A program made the translations under genes and the position numbers. Below are positions 24,901 through 36,774 of a stretch of 64,000 nt of DNA, one piece after another; positions within the stretch are counted from its first letter, which is position 1, and every line of letters begins with the position of its first letter. The notes beneath the pieces were generated by a model. The model saw nothing but the letters and a program-made list of their open reading frames with translations. It was not told the DNA's origin and did not search any database. The stretch lies in contig LPNZ01009878.1 in NCBI GenBank assembly GCA_001655205.1, forward strand, positions 71,690 to 135,689. The letters run 5' to 3'. Source of the stretch: Lenisia limosa. Taxonomy: Eukaryota; Protista; Breviatea.

Positions 24901-27900
24901 ACCGGCTTAAGTGGGTCGCAGCTGTATTTATTAGCACTAAACGAAAGAACTGGCGAATATGCAAAGAAATAAGATAGCAGTCCCCATACGCAGTGTAGGA
25001 GCTCGAGCACCCCTGCGTTTGAGAGACACATTTTCCCTATAGCAATAAGACAAAGGATGCAAAGGGAGATGCGAGGCATTTTGACCCAAAGGGCAAACCT
25101 GGAAGCAAGTTGAACGACTCTCGATTCCGTCGGAACACGCAGTGCCAGCCAATTTATGTGACACTAAGGGGTCAAGCCCGCCAAAAGAACAACACACTCA
25201 TCACCCACGTACTCGGGCATTTAGAGGACTTTCCGGTGCAATAGTCGGCCAAATCACAAGCTGAGTCAACGCCAGTATTTTTGGCATTGCAAAGGGTTCC
25301 TGAAGACCTGATATGGTGAGATGAGCAAAGACTCCAATTTTGCTGAGACAGGCATACTTGAACTGGCAGCTGGCGCAGCAGGGGTCATAGTCAGAACAAA
25401 CAGCGCCTGAGTTGAACTTGCAAGTTGTGGGGTTGCAACATGAGTCGCTGCAGCCTTCCATACCACAGTCACAATCCTCTCCTTTAGAAATCAGAAATTA
25501 CAAAAGACAATATCGTTGTTGACAAGTATGTACTAGATGAGCACTATCATACCAGTTTCGACGAGGCCATTTCCACACACGTTGGAAGTCTTGCCAACAT
25601 TGGCACCTAAAACGTAATTTCATGTTTGGAAAAAAACCGTGGTAAAGCCTCCCCCCCCCCAGACTATCCGTGGTACATGCGCCATTGCCGTTACTGACCC
25701 AGGTGTCCAGAGCAGTCACGCTAGAAGCGTCCCAATTGGAGGGGTTTGATCCAGAAGACGACATAATCTAAAGAGTCATAGCCCTCCTGTGGCAGGAAGA
25801 TATCCAAAAGAGACGAGGCACTCACCAGTCCTGAGGGAGTAACGTGTCTCAGACTCCAGTTGTGTCCAAGCTGAGTGGGTCAAAACAGTTCAGTAAAGCT
25901 GGAGCAAACCTCGTGAGTTGCTGTGGCTCCAGCATTGTCAGCTGCGCGGTTGATGGTAAACTGGTTGATACTGCAGGAGCTGCTACCACACATCGAACCC
26001 ACCGGAGCTGAAAATGTCAACTATTCAAAGAGAACTCCAAACTCCAAATCAACATAACATGTAATACTCAGAACCGCCTACCATAGCCAATAACATTGTC
26101 ACGGAAATCAGTTCCACTGAAAAGAAGCGTGTTGTCGTAAACTCGCAAATCGCGGCTCCAAGCCTACAACATGAGACCAGTACTTGGTGGCTCAAACCTT
26201 GAACTGAGACAGCAGGCTTTCATAGTCTACGCTATCACCAGTGTAGGTCGGGGAGTAGGGATCACCATCTGATTTTTGTTATTCGGAAATTGCAAAGTTT
26301 TTGATGAATAACATTGCCAGCAACATACGGGCGAAAGTGGACATTCGAGAAATTACTACATTGACACTGTATGAGGCGCCTGCCCTGTTTTGGTAGCGCG
26401 TGTGAATTGCGTTGGCTGCGTCAGCGCAAGATTGGTGCGTGTTGGAACCGAAGTCTGAGGGATTAAAGACGTCATCATCATGCCGGCATGACCCTTCATA
26501 CTGACCCAGCGTGCGTAGTCGTTGACAAATTCCACCTCAAGATACAGCTGTGTGGCTCGTCTGTGTCGTTCCTATAATACAGTTAATCATGCCCACTTCT
26601 TTGCAATCCCATGTCCATCTTGCAGACCACTTGTTCAGGAGTGCGGCGCTCAATTTGGTGTTTCAAGGCGTCTTGTTCGGCCAATTCGTCCTCAGTTGCT
26701 GGAGCACTCTGCAACAATGAATTAACGTCTTGAGTTGCCCCTTCCTCCCATCATGGCCTGAGCAACCCCAGACCAAGCAAATTCCGTCATCCTGGAGTTC
26801 GGCTCGCGACACCACAATATGGTCATTGAGGCTATCCGGGTCCCTCTGGGGTGTGAAAGAATGGTCATTGAGGCTATCCGGGTCCCTCTAGGGTGTGAAA
26901 GAATGGTCATTGAGGCTATCCGGGTCCCTCTGGGGTGTGAAAGAATAATACGATTGAGTAACAGAAAAACGTCTTATGAAACCGATGAATACATACTCTT
27001 CTCATTTCAGCAACTTCGGGGTTGGAAACTTCAGCAGGGTGCGAAAGGCGCCATGATACTTGCTCGGTATGGATAGTTCCAGATACTCCTGGGTGATGAG
27101 CCAAGTACTATTAACAGCAGCACATTGGTAAAACATGTCCTCCTCACCTTCACAGAGGGAGGCAGACGACTTTAGATTTGAGGATACCCCATCAATCTGA
27201 AACATCAATACTTAGCAGCATGCCACAGCAAACAAAGATGTCACAACAAACCCAATTTACACTGTATCCCCCCACCGAAGCGGTTCCAATATATTGGCAT
27301 CTCTTGATAGTGGGGGTTATTGCGACTGATTTCATATCGGTGGGGTCATTGTTGATATAGAGAAACTCCTGGAAATCCTCGCCGTACAACTGCATTGTCA
27401 AATAAGGCTCAAAAGTTGTGGAAGTGTCCAGGGGTTGTTTGATACTATTAGAGAAAAAAAAGGTTACAATCCCCACCTGATCAAAAGGTTACAATCCCCA
27501 CCTTATCAAAAGGTTACAATCCCTCCCTGATCAAAAGGTTACAATCCCCACCTGATCAAAAGGTTACAATCCCTCCCTGATCAAAAGGTTACAATCCCTC
27601 CCTGATCAAAAGGTTACAATCCCTCCCTGATCAAAAGGTTACAATCCCCACCTGATCATTTCTGTCAAAATCAACCGAAAAGTCCTAAAATAATAAAATA
27701 AAGACGACATTGTCTGAACAGTCGAGGGCCTAACACCCCCCCTACTCTGCCGAAAGCCTGGAAAGACAGGCCCTTTTCAGAGACTGGGAATTCTCCACCA
27801 TCACGAGCCTGCTTTCCTCTTGTTACTTTCACCACTTCATAGTCTCCAGCAATTCGCACTGAAGATCGGTCTAGCAGGGGGGGGGGTCAGCCACAGCAAT

Positions 27901-28012
27901 ATCAATAAAGTTATGTGTGGTGCACCCACGAGAAAAATACAAGGCAGTCCTTCTTACTATTGACAGCGCAAACTGCAGCGACAAGCACACACAGAAAAAA
28001 GATGAACCTCAT
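18907..28012 (-). CDS. ADAM/ADAMTS-like type I membrane metalloprotease with TSP1, CCP/sushi, IPT/TIG-like, TM and cytoplasmic SH3 domains
   Basis: Signal peptide MRFIFFLCVLVAAVCA. Furin-type site RHRR precedes ATQLYLEVEFVND. Zinc motif HELGHNWSLRH and Met-turn IMSS. Disintegrin CGNGLVETGEDCDCG...CDLADYCTGKSSKCP. Repeated TSP1 units, e.g. TGDWSECSKKCGSGTQTRVVNC and GSWSSCSETCNGGTRTRTVNC. CCP units, e.g. TVTCNSSGVWSSTTC and MTCGSDGSWTGTAC. TM GGALGAFTVAGAVVAVAF. SH3 VLYEYASSGPGELSIKPGDNVEMLGE...GWVEVSLRGRRGVVPASYLQI*. Two N gaps lie inside the gene. Confidence 0.88.
26819..26944. repeat. Tandem repeat, 42 bp x 3, spanning a splice acceptor of the ADAM-like gene
   Basis: atggtcattgaggctatccgggtccctctggggtgtgaaaga occurs three times, with one SNP in the middle copy. 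Confidence 0.97.
27458..27657. repeat. Tandem repeat, 25 bp x 8, spanning an exon-intron donor of the ADAM-like gene
   Basis: The unit aaaaggttacaatcccc/tc/acctgatc is repeated head to tail 8 times with no spacers. Confidence 0.97.
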
Positions 28013-28831
28013 TTGAACAATGCCTCAACAACGACTAAACTCGGTGTTTTCTTTCAGTATGGAATAATATCCGCTATTCTTCAATCTTGTAAGCAGAGAA
28101 AAGCGACCTCTAATTGAGAAGGCTTGCAAATATACAGTTCAGCCGACAACAATTAGGACCATTCAGGTCTTAAATATGTTTAAAAACAGCTTGATTGAGG
28201 TTGTCTTGTGGGTCTAAGTGTCAAAATGGACAAAATCTAACCGCGCGAAATCTCGGTGATCTGGGTGATCTCAGTCACAATTGTGTAAAGGACATGTAAT
28301 TAATGCTACAAATGTAATAGCTGCTACTGCCTTGTAATTTTGTTGTGTGTCATGTGTGTGCAAGTTTGTGCAAGTTTATAAGTTGGCAGAGAGCTGGAGA
28401 GCAACTGGAGAGGGGCAAGCTGGTGGTAAGATGCATGATAAGTTGGAGGAAGACTGGAAGACTTGAAGATAACTTAATAGGCAAACAATATTCAGGTTTC
28501 AATTGGGAATTTGAAAACACTGGTTGTTAAAGGAATGCAATACATGACTAATTGTACCTTATTATTGAAACCTATGCTAAATGAAATATCAACCAAAAGT
28601 AATTGAACCACTCCATTATCAAATCATACATTGGTTACTTAATTACACTCCATTGTCAAAATCCTTAATTACAATCCATTGTCGAAATCATACATTGGTT
28701 ACTTAACTACATTTCAACGAGACAATATAACTATTTACAAAAATAATATTTTTTTAAAAAAACAGCAGTATCAAACATGACATGGCAATAATATAGTTTA
28801 AATAGACACCTTAAATAAATTGGCCGAAAAG

Positions 28832-30484
28832 TTATTCCTTTATGAAACAGAAGCCCGTACAGCAACATGCGCAGCAACAAACTATCATAACCCCTATATC
28901 ATTAGTAAAAAATCATTCAATAGCATATGCTATGTGTGAACCTACCAAAAATTGAGAGCAGATAGAGATGGAAGAAAACAGTAGACGCGTCACAGCTTAT
29001 GCTTCCTCCAATTTTGGACTCCACGTAGTCACAGTCAAACTTTTCGTGCAAATCATGATGTCGATAACTTTCACTTTTCGTATCATCTTCGTAAGACATT
29101 GTACATTTTTCTGGATCTTCTTCTCCTCCTGAAACATGAGGACTCCCTCCAAAATAACAAACCTTCCTCGTAAAGATTTATATCATAGACTGATTTGTAG
29201 TAGTATTCAGTTTCCTGATGACACTTTTTATCATCACCAGAACCTAAGAAGTAAAAATCAATAAATAACGGGATTTTAAGAAAGACCTATTAACAGACCT
29301 GTACACTTTTCTTTTGTTCGAGACTCGTATGTAACCGTCACGTCATACGCAACACATTCTCCCTCTTTTTGGTCGACAAAAATCGGCTCTGTGTCTCCCT
29401 AAATGTAAAAAAACAAAGCAATGAAACAAGTAATGAACAGCGACTTTGGTAAAGCTTGACCGAGAGAAAAGACAATCACAGTCAGTATATATTATCATAT
29501 CATATGTAGAACAAATACATTGATGTTTGTTTGACATTACCTGTTTGTATAATGTACTTAACCTACGCTTGACTTTATCAAAAAGGCGATGAGCAAGATT
29601 GCAGTAATGAACCCAAGGGCAAAAAGGCAAACTCCAAAATGAAAACGTTCTGGACAATTAAAATGAGATACACAATATTTGGAAGAGAAAACAGTTGGGT
29701 ATTATAAATGAACAAAAAAGAGAGAGTTATATTACTCAGTTTGACAGATATTGCATGTTGGTTTGATTATTCTCTCTCATATATTATATAATTGAAATTT
29801 GTAGAAGATTTAACGCGAATCAAATCAGATAAAGAAGATGGTTAATCGATAATTATATAAAAAGGGTATTCTCACCGAAACTAAACTGACACGATGTTGA
29901 TCTTGATCTAGATCTTGAAGGGGCTTCATTTCGACGTCGCATTACCGGAGGTTCAACTTTTAAGGCGGGGCTTTCAACTGTCTGGTCAAACTACGGTCAA
30001 TGATACTGCTTCAATATTTCAAACAAATAGTATACTAGTAATATGATACTATGATATTATATATTATTGACTCCTCACTATTTCTGATTAGGGGGAGAGA
30101 ATAAAAAAGATCGTGTTATCGCCCCGAACAAGATTCAACTTGAATCAAATCCTTTTGCTGCGGTAGTAACGTTTTGGAATGACTTGTGTCTTTAATTTTC
30201 ACCTCTTGAAAAGGTTTTGAATCAACTGTCACCTCTTCATACGCTGGAAGTTCTTCATCTGCAAATGTCAACTCAAACTACAATATATGTAGTATGTACA
30301 CATTACCTCCTTGCCAACAACAACAAAAAACCTCACCTTTATCTAAAACAGGTATTTGCGCGATTTGGGATTGATATGGCGGAGGAGCTTCCACTGGTGG
30401 AGCTGAAGGACTTGGCTGTGAGTCCTCGTTCAGGGGCGAATTGAAAGAGGGTGGGGGAGCCGAGTAAGTTGGCTGGTCAACCAT
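28832..30484 (-). CDS. Uncharacterised two-TM membrane protein with N-terminal PSAP/PPPY/LPAY motifs and a Cys-rich tail
   Basis: Start context is gccaccATGG. Spliced translation: MVDQPTYSAPPPSF...PSAPPVEAPPPYQ...ELPAYEE. TM1 is FGVCLFALGFITAILLIAFLI, followed by a Cys-containing loop. TM2 and tail read VFFHLYLLSIFGVMIVCCCACCCTGFCFIKE*. Confidence 0.6.
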
Positions 30485-30888
30485 GGTGGCCTTTGTGACT
30501 TGAAACAGTGGATTGACAGTAGATCACTCGTGAAATAGGACTGACTGCTGGTGCCTGAGCTATTGAGTACGGAATGCACTGATGACACTCTGTGGGTGGG
30601 TGGTTGGTGTGATGGAATAAGTTGGGAAAGAAGAATGGAGGGAGGTGGAGGACTGGACGTCAGATTTTCAGGGCAGAGGGTTGGGAAGTTAGTAATTTTA
30701 ACTTGAAAATAATTACAGAGTACCACAAAAATGTTTGAGTTGTGAATGTAATCCAGTTGTGATCGATCTCTGTAAGTGGTGTTAGTGTGAGTGAGATAGA
30801 GTGAATAATTATATAACAACATACAGGCAGGAAAAAAGGGGGGGGGGTATCTCGGACCTCGGACACGGACAATTCAGAAGTCACCATG

Positions 30889-32010
30889 ACACAGATCTTC
30901 ATCTTCAGTCTTCTTTTATGTGTGTTCTGTTGTGGAGCAACAAAGTAAGATACTTCTTTTTCTATCTAGGCTTACCTTTGTGGTGTGTATATAGGTGGAA
31001 CGACCACAGCTTACCCTCCAATAACTGACGAAGATGTTGTTTCGACAGAGTATTTAGCAGAAAGAGTTTGTGAAATATGTTTTCTGTTTGCTTATTGATT
31101 AGATTAATGCAAATCATACAAAAATAAATGCAACAAGGAATGCAATTCAGGACGTGATCGATCATCATGAGAGACGTTTGTCATTTATTTTCTTTAATCT
31201 TCAGGGATGGACTGCTTTATTCGTGGGATTCCAGCCGATTACCCAGACCTAACTTCTACAATTTCAAATGTCAAGGTTTATACTGATAGAACAGAAGCAG
31301 ATCTTACCCTTATTGTAAGATGGGTTGAGGTTCAGTCGGAGAAAGTGTATCTTCTTTTCGTGTGGTTTTTTATTTTGAAAGAAATATTGAGTTTGTGAAG
31401 CATATCATATGTAGGATCTCAATATTGGCATTTTTGGCCTGAAGAATATTTGTGATTAGTATTTGAGCTGAGGTCGAGAGTCTTAATGAAACAATGCAAT
31501 GTGATGTCAGGTCGAGGCAATCCTGGAAAGCGTTTTTTTTACACCTGTCTACCATTCTTAATATATGATCACGGAGTGGAGGCTTCTGTGAAATACTATA
31601 TGATAATATATGATATATATATAATATATAGTGCATTGTACAACAGGTATGATATATAGTGCATTTTACAACAGGTATGATATATAGTGCATTATACAAC
31701 AGGTGTGCATTATACAACAGGTATGATATATAGTGCATATCATATAGTAGTATAAACATTTGAATCCTTTTTTCCTTTCATCCTGATAGATGTGGAGCTA
31801 TTACGAGGTCTCTTTTGGTATTCTATTATTCACTATTCTCAGGGCTCATGTCCTGTGGGTAAGACAAAAGCAACTTTTTCAAACCCGCAAATCTGCTACT
31901 TTAATTCAGGGTGGATCTTGACCCCTTGTGTTTGATCTAATATGTAATATGTTTGTCTATTTAATTGTATCTGCAGACTCTATATTCCTGGATAGGAGTT
32001 CTGATTGAGT
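30889..32010 (+). CDS. Possible small secreted protein gene; exon chain not resolved
   Basis: Signal-peptide-like MTQIFIFSLLLCVFCCGA is followed by a GTAAGA donor. Further exon-like pieces are DCFIRGIPADYPDLTSTISNVKVYTDRTEADLTLI and short GT-AG bounded microexons near 31790-31860. I could not build a stop-free chain. Confidence 0.25.
31625..31747. repeat. Tandem repeat, about 28 bp x 4 plus a short unit
   Basis: gtatgatatatagtgcattNtacaacag units at 31647-31674 and 31675-31702, a short unit at 31703-31720, and partial flanking copies. Confidence 0.9.
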
Positions 32011-32099
32011 AAAACATGGTTTTGAAAGATCCTGTATTCGCAGAATAGCTTAATTCCACAAATAAATAAATAAACGAAAACAATAACTTATTACACATT

Positions 32100-33969
32100 C
32101 CTTGTTCCGTAATCAGACTGATCAAATGATCCATAAGAAGACTCTGAGCTCAATGGTGACGCTGGCTCCTGTGTCATTTCTAGAAAGTAAACAGAGCCAA
32201 GAATCCTTCCCCATTTTTATAGTAATTGGGATAATACTTGACCTATTTTCCTTGGGAAATCACGTAGCAAATCGGTCAAGACTTATCCCAGTCACTGTAT
32301 ATCAGTATGATATGACAAAAATAGATGCACCACACTCAAGGCCTTCACATACCTTCAATCCACTCTCCCATCGCACTGACAACCGTACTTTCAGACTACA
32401 AATGTAATCTACGTCAGAAAAACTTTACATAGTAGGAGCAGAACGATAATAACGTAGTGTGTTCATTGACGTAAAAAAATCACAAATGAGGGAGTGAACC
32501 CAATACGTCAATAACGTGAACCACTGATAAAAGTGGTTTACATAATAAGAAGAACGTTAAAACTGTAATGGTTTAATTGTATACAGTGATGAATAATATT
32601 TCAGACATTTGTATTCATGAAGCAATACTCAGAAGCCCAATTTACATCTTTTTATTTGTTAATTAAGAGAAATTGAAAGAGAAATCCTGGATGGAAAAAA
32701 AGAAATATAAAAATGAATTAACTCACCATTGAATGGGTTGTTTGGGGTTCAACTTTTCTTGTACTTCTCACCAAATATGAGGATTTTGCAAGATCTCGCT
32801 TTGAGGCTCTAAATTATTATTCCACATCAAGGGATTATAGTAAGTAACAACAACAAACCTCATTTCTCTCACTGTACTTGCAGAAGTCCACGATGGTAAT
32901 AATTCAGGATTAGGAAACAAAACTTCGTTCGGAATTGTTTCATTTTCATCAGTTGATTGGTCATAATCTATAAAATCAAACAACCAAAAAGATATGACCT
33001 GATTCCAACCTTCAAACTCATTTGTTTCTTCTGAAAACACCACCTTCCCTAACTGGGTGACAATATTAAAATAAAAACAGAAATAAATACACTAAATTGC
33101 TGACAGCTCTCTCAATATATATATGACAAAGCCACCTACCTCCAGATTTCTTCACAGAAGTCTGGGTTTGCATGTCACAGTCTACCAAGGTCAACAGAAT
33201 ATTAAAATGGAAACACATCTTGACTAACTCACCTAAATCAGATATTGAAACGGGTTGGCTCTCCAGGGGCGCAGGCTTCTCACATATTCTGCCAACGATG
33301 TAGTTATCGCTGAGGGAATGTTCCAACCTAAAGTTAGCAAAACACAAATACTGAACTAAGCTGTTCCACTTAAAAGCTTCTTGTACCCCATGCGAGAGAG
33401 ACTCTCGAAGAAGGGGGTGGCTCCGATTGCAAAGAGAGACTTGAGACCACTTTGACCCTGAAACTAATTTGGTAAATAACCAGTACTCATATCGCGATAA
33501 TAAAGACGAGTCATACCATGACGTCGTTGCTTGACTGGTTTATTTGCTGCCTCCAGCCTGAGGGTATTCATCCGAACAGTGTGGGGTGAAGGTGCATCAA
33601 TAGTGTCAGAGGCTATGGCAGAAACTGAAAAGAGTTAGAATTAATAAGTGGTGTACTGTACTGAAGTCAAGGTAATGTCAGATTATTCCATTGAGAGGGA
33701 TCAAAAACAGAAAGATATGAAGTCCCGGCTAACTTGAGCTTGAAAATGATGCAGCAGCAAATGAAGCATAATTTGGTCCTTCACCAATCTCCAACTCAGC
33801 TTCTTCCTCTCTGTATCATAAGATTCATGAGACGGATCAGAAATAATTAGAATATGCCCTTTTTTGGGGAAAGACCATACATTTCCACATCCTCCTTTTC
33901 TGAAATGTTGTGCTTCCCTTCAGGAGGCAGTGACAACAAAGCGGACACTCGCATTTGCTCCCCGTCCAT
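32100..33969 (-). CDS. Uncharacterised multi-exon protein
   Basis: Phase-compatible GT-AG exons: MDGEQMRVSALLSLPPEGKHNISEKEDVE, TLRLEAANKPVKQRRH, LEHSLSDNYIVGRICEKPAPLESQP and GKVVFSEETNEFEGWNQ. No family recognised and the 3' end is uncertain. Confidence 0.5.
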
Positions 33970-34489
33970 TTTGTCAGCAGTTTGCGGTTATTTTCTGGAT
34001 TTCAAAATAGCTAGTGAGCTAGTGTGCCTCTCAGCACTCAGTTATCAGCTTGATGATGAGGGTGAGGTGGGGAGTGTATACTGCAAGCTGAGTTTGTGTT
34101 GGGGGGTTTGTGGGTGTATGCAAGGTGGGGTTACACCTATAGCACCTATTGTCAGTCAACCTTATAGCAGCCTTATAGTTGGTTTTAACTGGGTTTTGAC
34201 TGGGTTTGGGGGTTTCGGTTTTGAGTTTGGTTGGGGGGGGGGGGTTTATCCCGGGCCGCAATTGCGCCTGTCCCCTTTTTTACCGATTTTGTGTTTTGTC
34301 GCTACTTCGCCACTGTAACCGCAAGCTCCAAACCTTCTTGGCATTTATGTGCTTATGCACAAGATGTGTTGTTTGCAATACTCAATTTAGTTGTAACGCA
34401 AGGGAGAAATCTTATAAAATACAAATTAAAATGTATTAAATTAGTAATATAGTTCCAAAATTCCCAAAACATCACACCAAAACGTCACA

Positions 34490-36456
34490 TTAAAATTCCC
34501 AATTTTGAGGAGTGAACTCCACTCCTTCCAACCTAAAAATAGGTAAAAAAAAATATATAATAAAGACTACTTATCTATATAATGAAAAAACAAGGCCTAC
34601 TTGTGGTCAAGGACTTGCTTGTCAGGCATCAGAATATCCCCTTTGCTGTTGAAAACTGTAATGTCTAAACGATGTCATAATATTAAAAATCAATAGGCCT
34701 CAATTGGTAGTGGGATGTCATATTTCCATATTTCAAATTCTATTACTCTCAAACAGTCATTCCCAATACATCACCTATTATTATTTGACCAATGAAAAGT
34801 CAAACAGAATTCCACAAACAGGATGCCGTCACGCCGTCATGCTCAACGGACTTCAAGGCAACGAACTCACCACTTCGTCCCGGTATCAGTTTAAGTGACG
34901 AAAACCCTCTAACAGGAATAGCATCCTGTAACAGTTAGTCTCTGAAGACAGGGAATTATTACAAGACCTCCATTACCCAACATACCCCGACAGTAATATG
35001 CCGTACAAATGAAAAGTTTTCATTTGCCGTGAATAAGAGGTTTGTTCCACGAACTTCGTCAAGATCTAAAGATAAATAGACGTTTCGGGGACATTGTAAG
35101 GATCTTTATTTGTATTTCGCTTAGTTTTATAAAAAAGAAAAGAAGATATGCTCAACTTGCTTTTAGGGTGCATACCTTCATCATATGGCTCCCTAGATGC
35201 CCTTCTTGGGGCAAAATACCATTTCTAAAAGGTCAGTTAAATATGATTTCGTACAATTTACCTTTTGAGAAGCGTCCCACACTCCAGACTCGTGAAGCAA
35301 ATAACTAGGAGGTATCAGTAATGGAAAAAAGGAAAAGACGTAATTGAAGTTCTCAAACTCACCCGGGGAATTCATATCCAGCTTCCTTTCTCATAGAATT
35401 GTAGTTATCAACCCAGTTGATATTTTCTATTGTTCCAAGGGGTGAAATTGTCTTAATCCATTGAGGATGATCGTTAACATACTCCTAGAGTGTTACGGAA
35501 AGAAAGTAGCTTGGGGAAACGAAAGTGACCCCACAACAATTTACGTTATACAGGCGCTTACTCCTTTTGCAGTCGAGAACTCCTTGCCAAATCCACCAAC
35601 AACCAATTTGTTGCCCTTCACCGTACACCATTCCGCCTTAAATCCTGAGGGTTCAATTAACGCCATTTTTGTTTGAAGACAAACGGCAACAGAGATTAGT
35701 AAAAATAATAGGTAACACTATAGTATACAGATACATATATCAAACCTTTTTCAACGTTTCCATCTCCGTCTCGCAAAATATAGCGAGCTATTATTTTTTC
35801 TGGAGTAACTTCATAGACTAAACAATTAGTTTTTACTGACTCTAAACAAGTGTGAACAATGGAGCAGAAGGACCCAGAATACCTATTCCTGACCTATCGT
35901 CAAATGAATACATCTTGTTATTAAACCAGCATAAATCACTCAACTCCATTCCTCGACCTCCTTCTGACAGCTTAGAGACCAGTTCAAACTAAAAATGAGC
36001 TGTGAGAAACTACATACATGTACATACCACATCATGAACTTCAACATCATAAGCACCACTAGAGGGGTCTCTGAAAAGCTTCGCTCTAACAAAATTTGCC
36101 TTCCACTTTGTTGAATATTCATCCTAATACAGTCAGGAAAAATTAGATTCATTTAAAAATTGCACTTCTTACTTACTTTTCCTGGGACTTTGCTTGAATG
36201 ATCCAAATCAGTAACCATTAAAATATTCCAAGGTTGATTTTCTGCGGGAACTAAAGGTCCAAATGCAGATGGGGGTTGCCTACATATTCAGCAAAATGAA
36301 AGAGCTTCTCAAACGCAATAGTCAATATCAAAATGTCACAATTTTAACTTTAACCACATACAGCTGCATGAGAAATGTGAACAGCAAGATTATGAAGAAG
36401 ATACTCGCTCCTATCACAATTTTGTTCCGCTGCTGTGTCTGGACGGAGTTCATCAT
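34490..36456 (-). CDS. CANT1: Calcium-activated nucleotidase (CANT1/SCAN-1-type apyrase), type II membrane protein
   Basis: N-terminal anchor [18 protein letters not shown]. Motifs in CANT1 order: [74 protein letters not shown]...[36 protein letters not shown]...VALKSVE and KLEGVEF. Confidence 0.93.
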
Positions 36457-36774
36457 TTTCTACTATTACGTCAAATGGGACAAATTGTGAACAAAAATTA
36501 TTCATTAGCTAACCGGTTCAAACGAGCAGGCTAAGAACGAAAACGAAAGCACCTTTTCCTGGTCCACCCTAATCAACACCAGCTCAAGTCACCTTCAATA
36601 ATCTCTTCTTAAATGAATGATCGGGGAAGAAAGGGTGATCATATAGATCCTGTTACTTTTTTAATTTTTGTAATTTATTATATTTTTTCACAAAGAAAAA
36701 AGAACAAGGTGTTTCTGTGTTATATTTGTTGATTCGTCTTCAGTTCACCTTCACTCCAGAGGCCAGTTAATAAG

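Noticed and set aside
27458-27657. CRISPR-like array of 25 bp repeats
   Set aside because: The units are contiguous with no unique spacers, lie in a spliceosomal intron of a eukaryotic gene, and have no cas genes nearby.
28243-28250. E2F-like GCGCGAAA upstream of the ADAM-like gene, and a near match at 12523-12530 before SMC5
   Set aside because: Single 8-mers are expected by chance and there is no supporting conservation.
33854-34318. 154 aa plus-strand ORF, and the 135 aa minus-strand ORF at 37227-37634
   Set aside because: These are antisense shadows of real exons or low-complexity sequence, with no recognisable domain or splice support.
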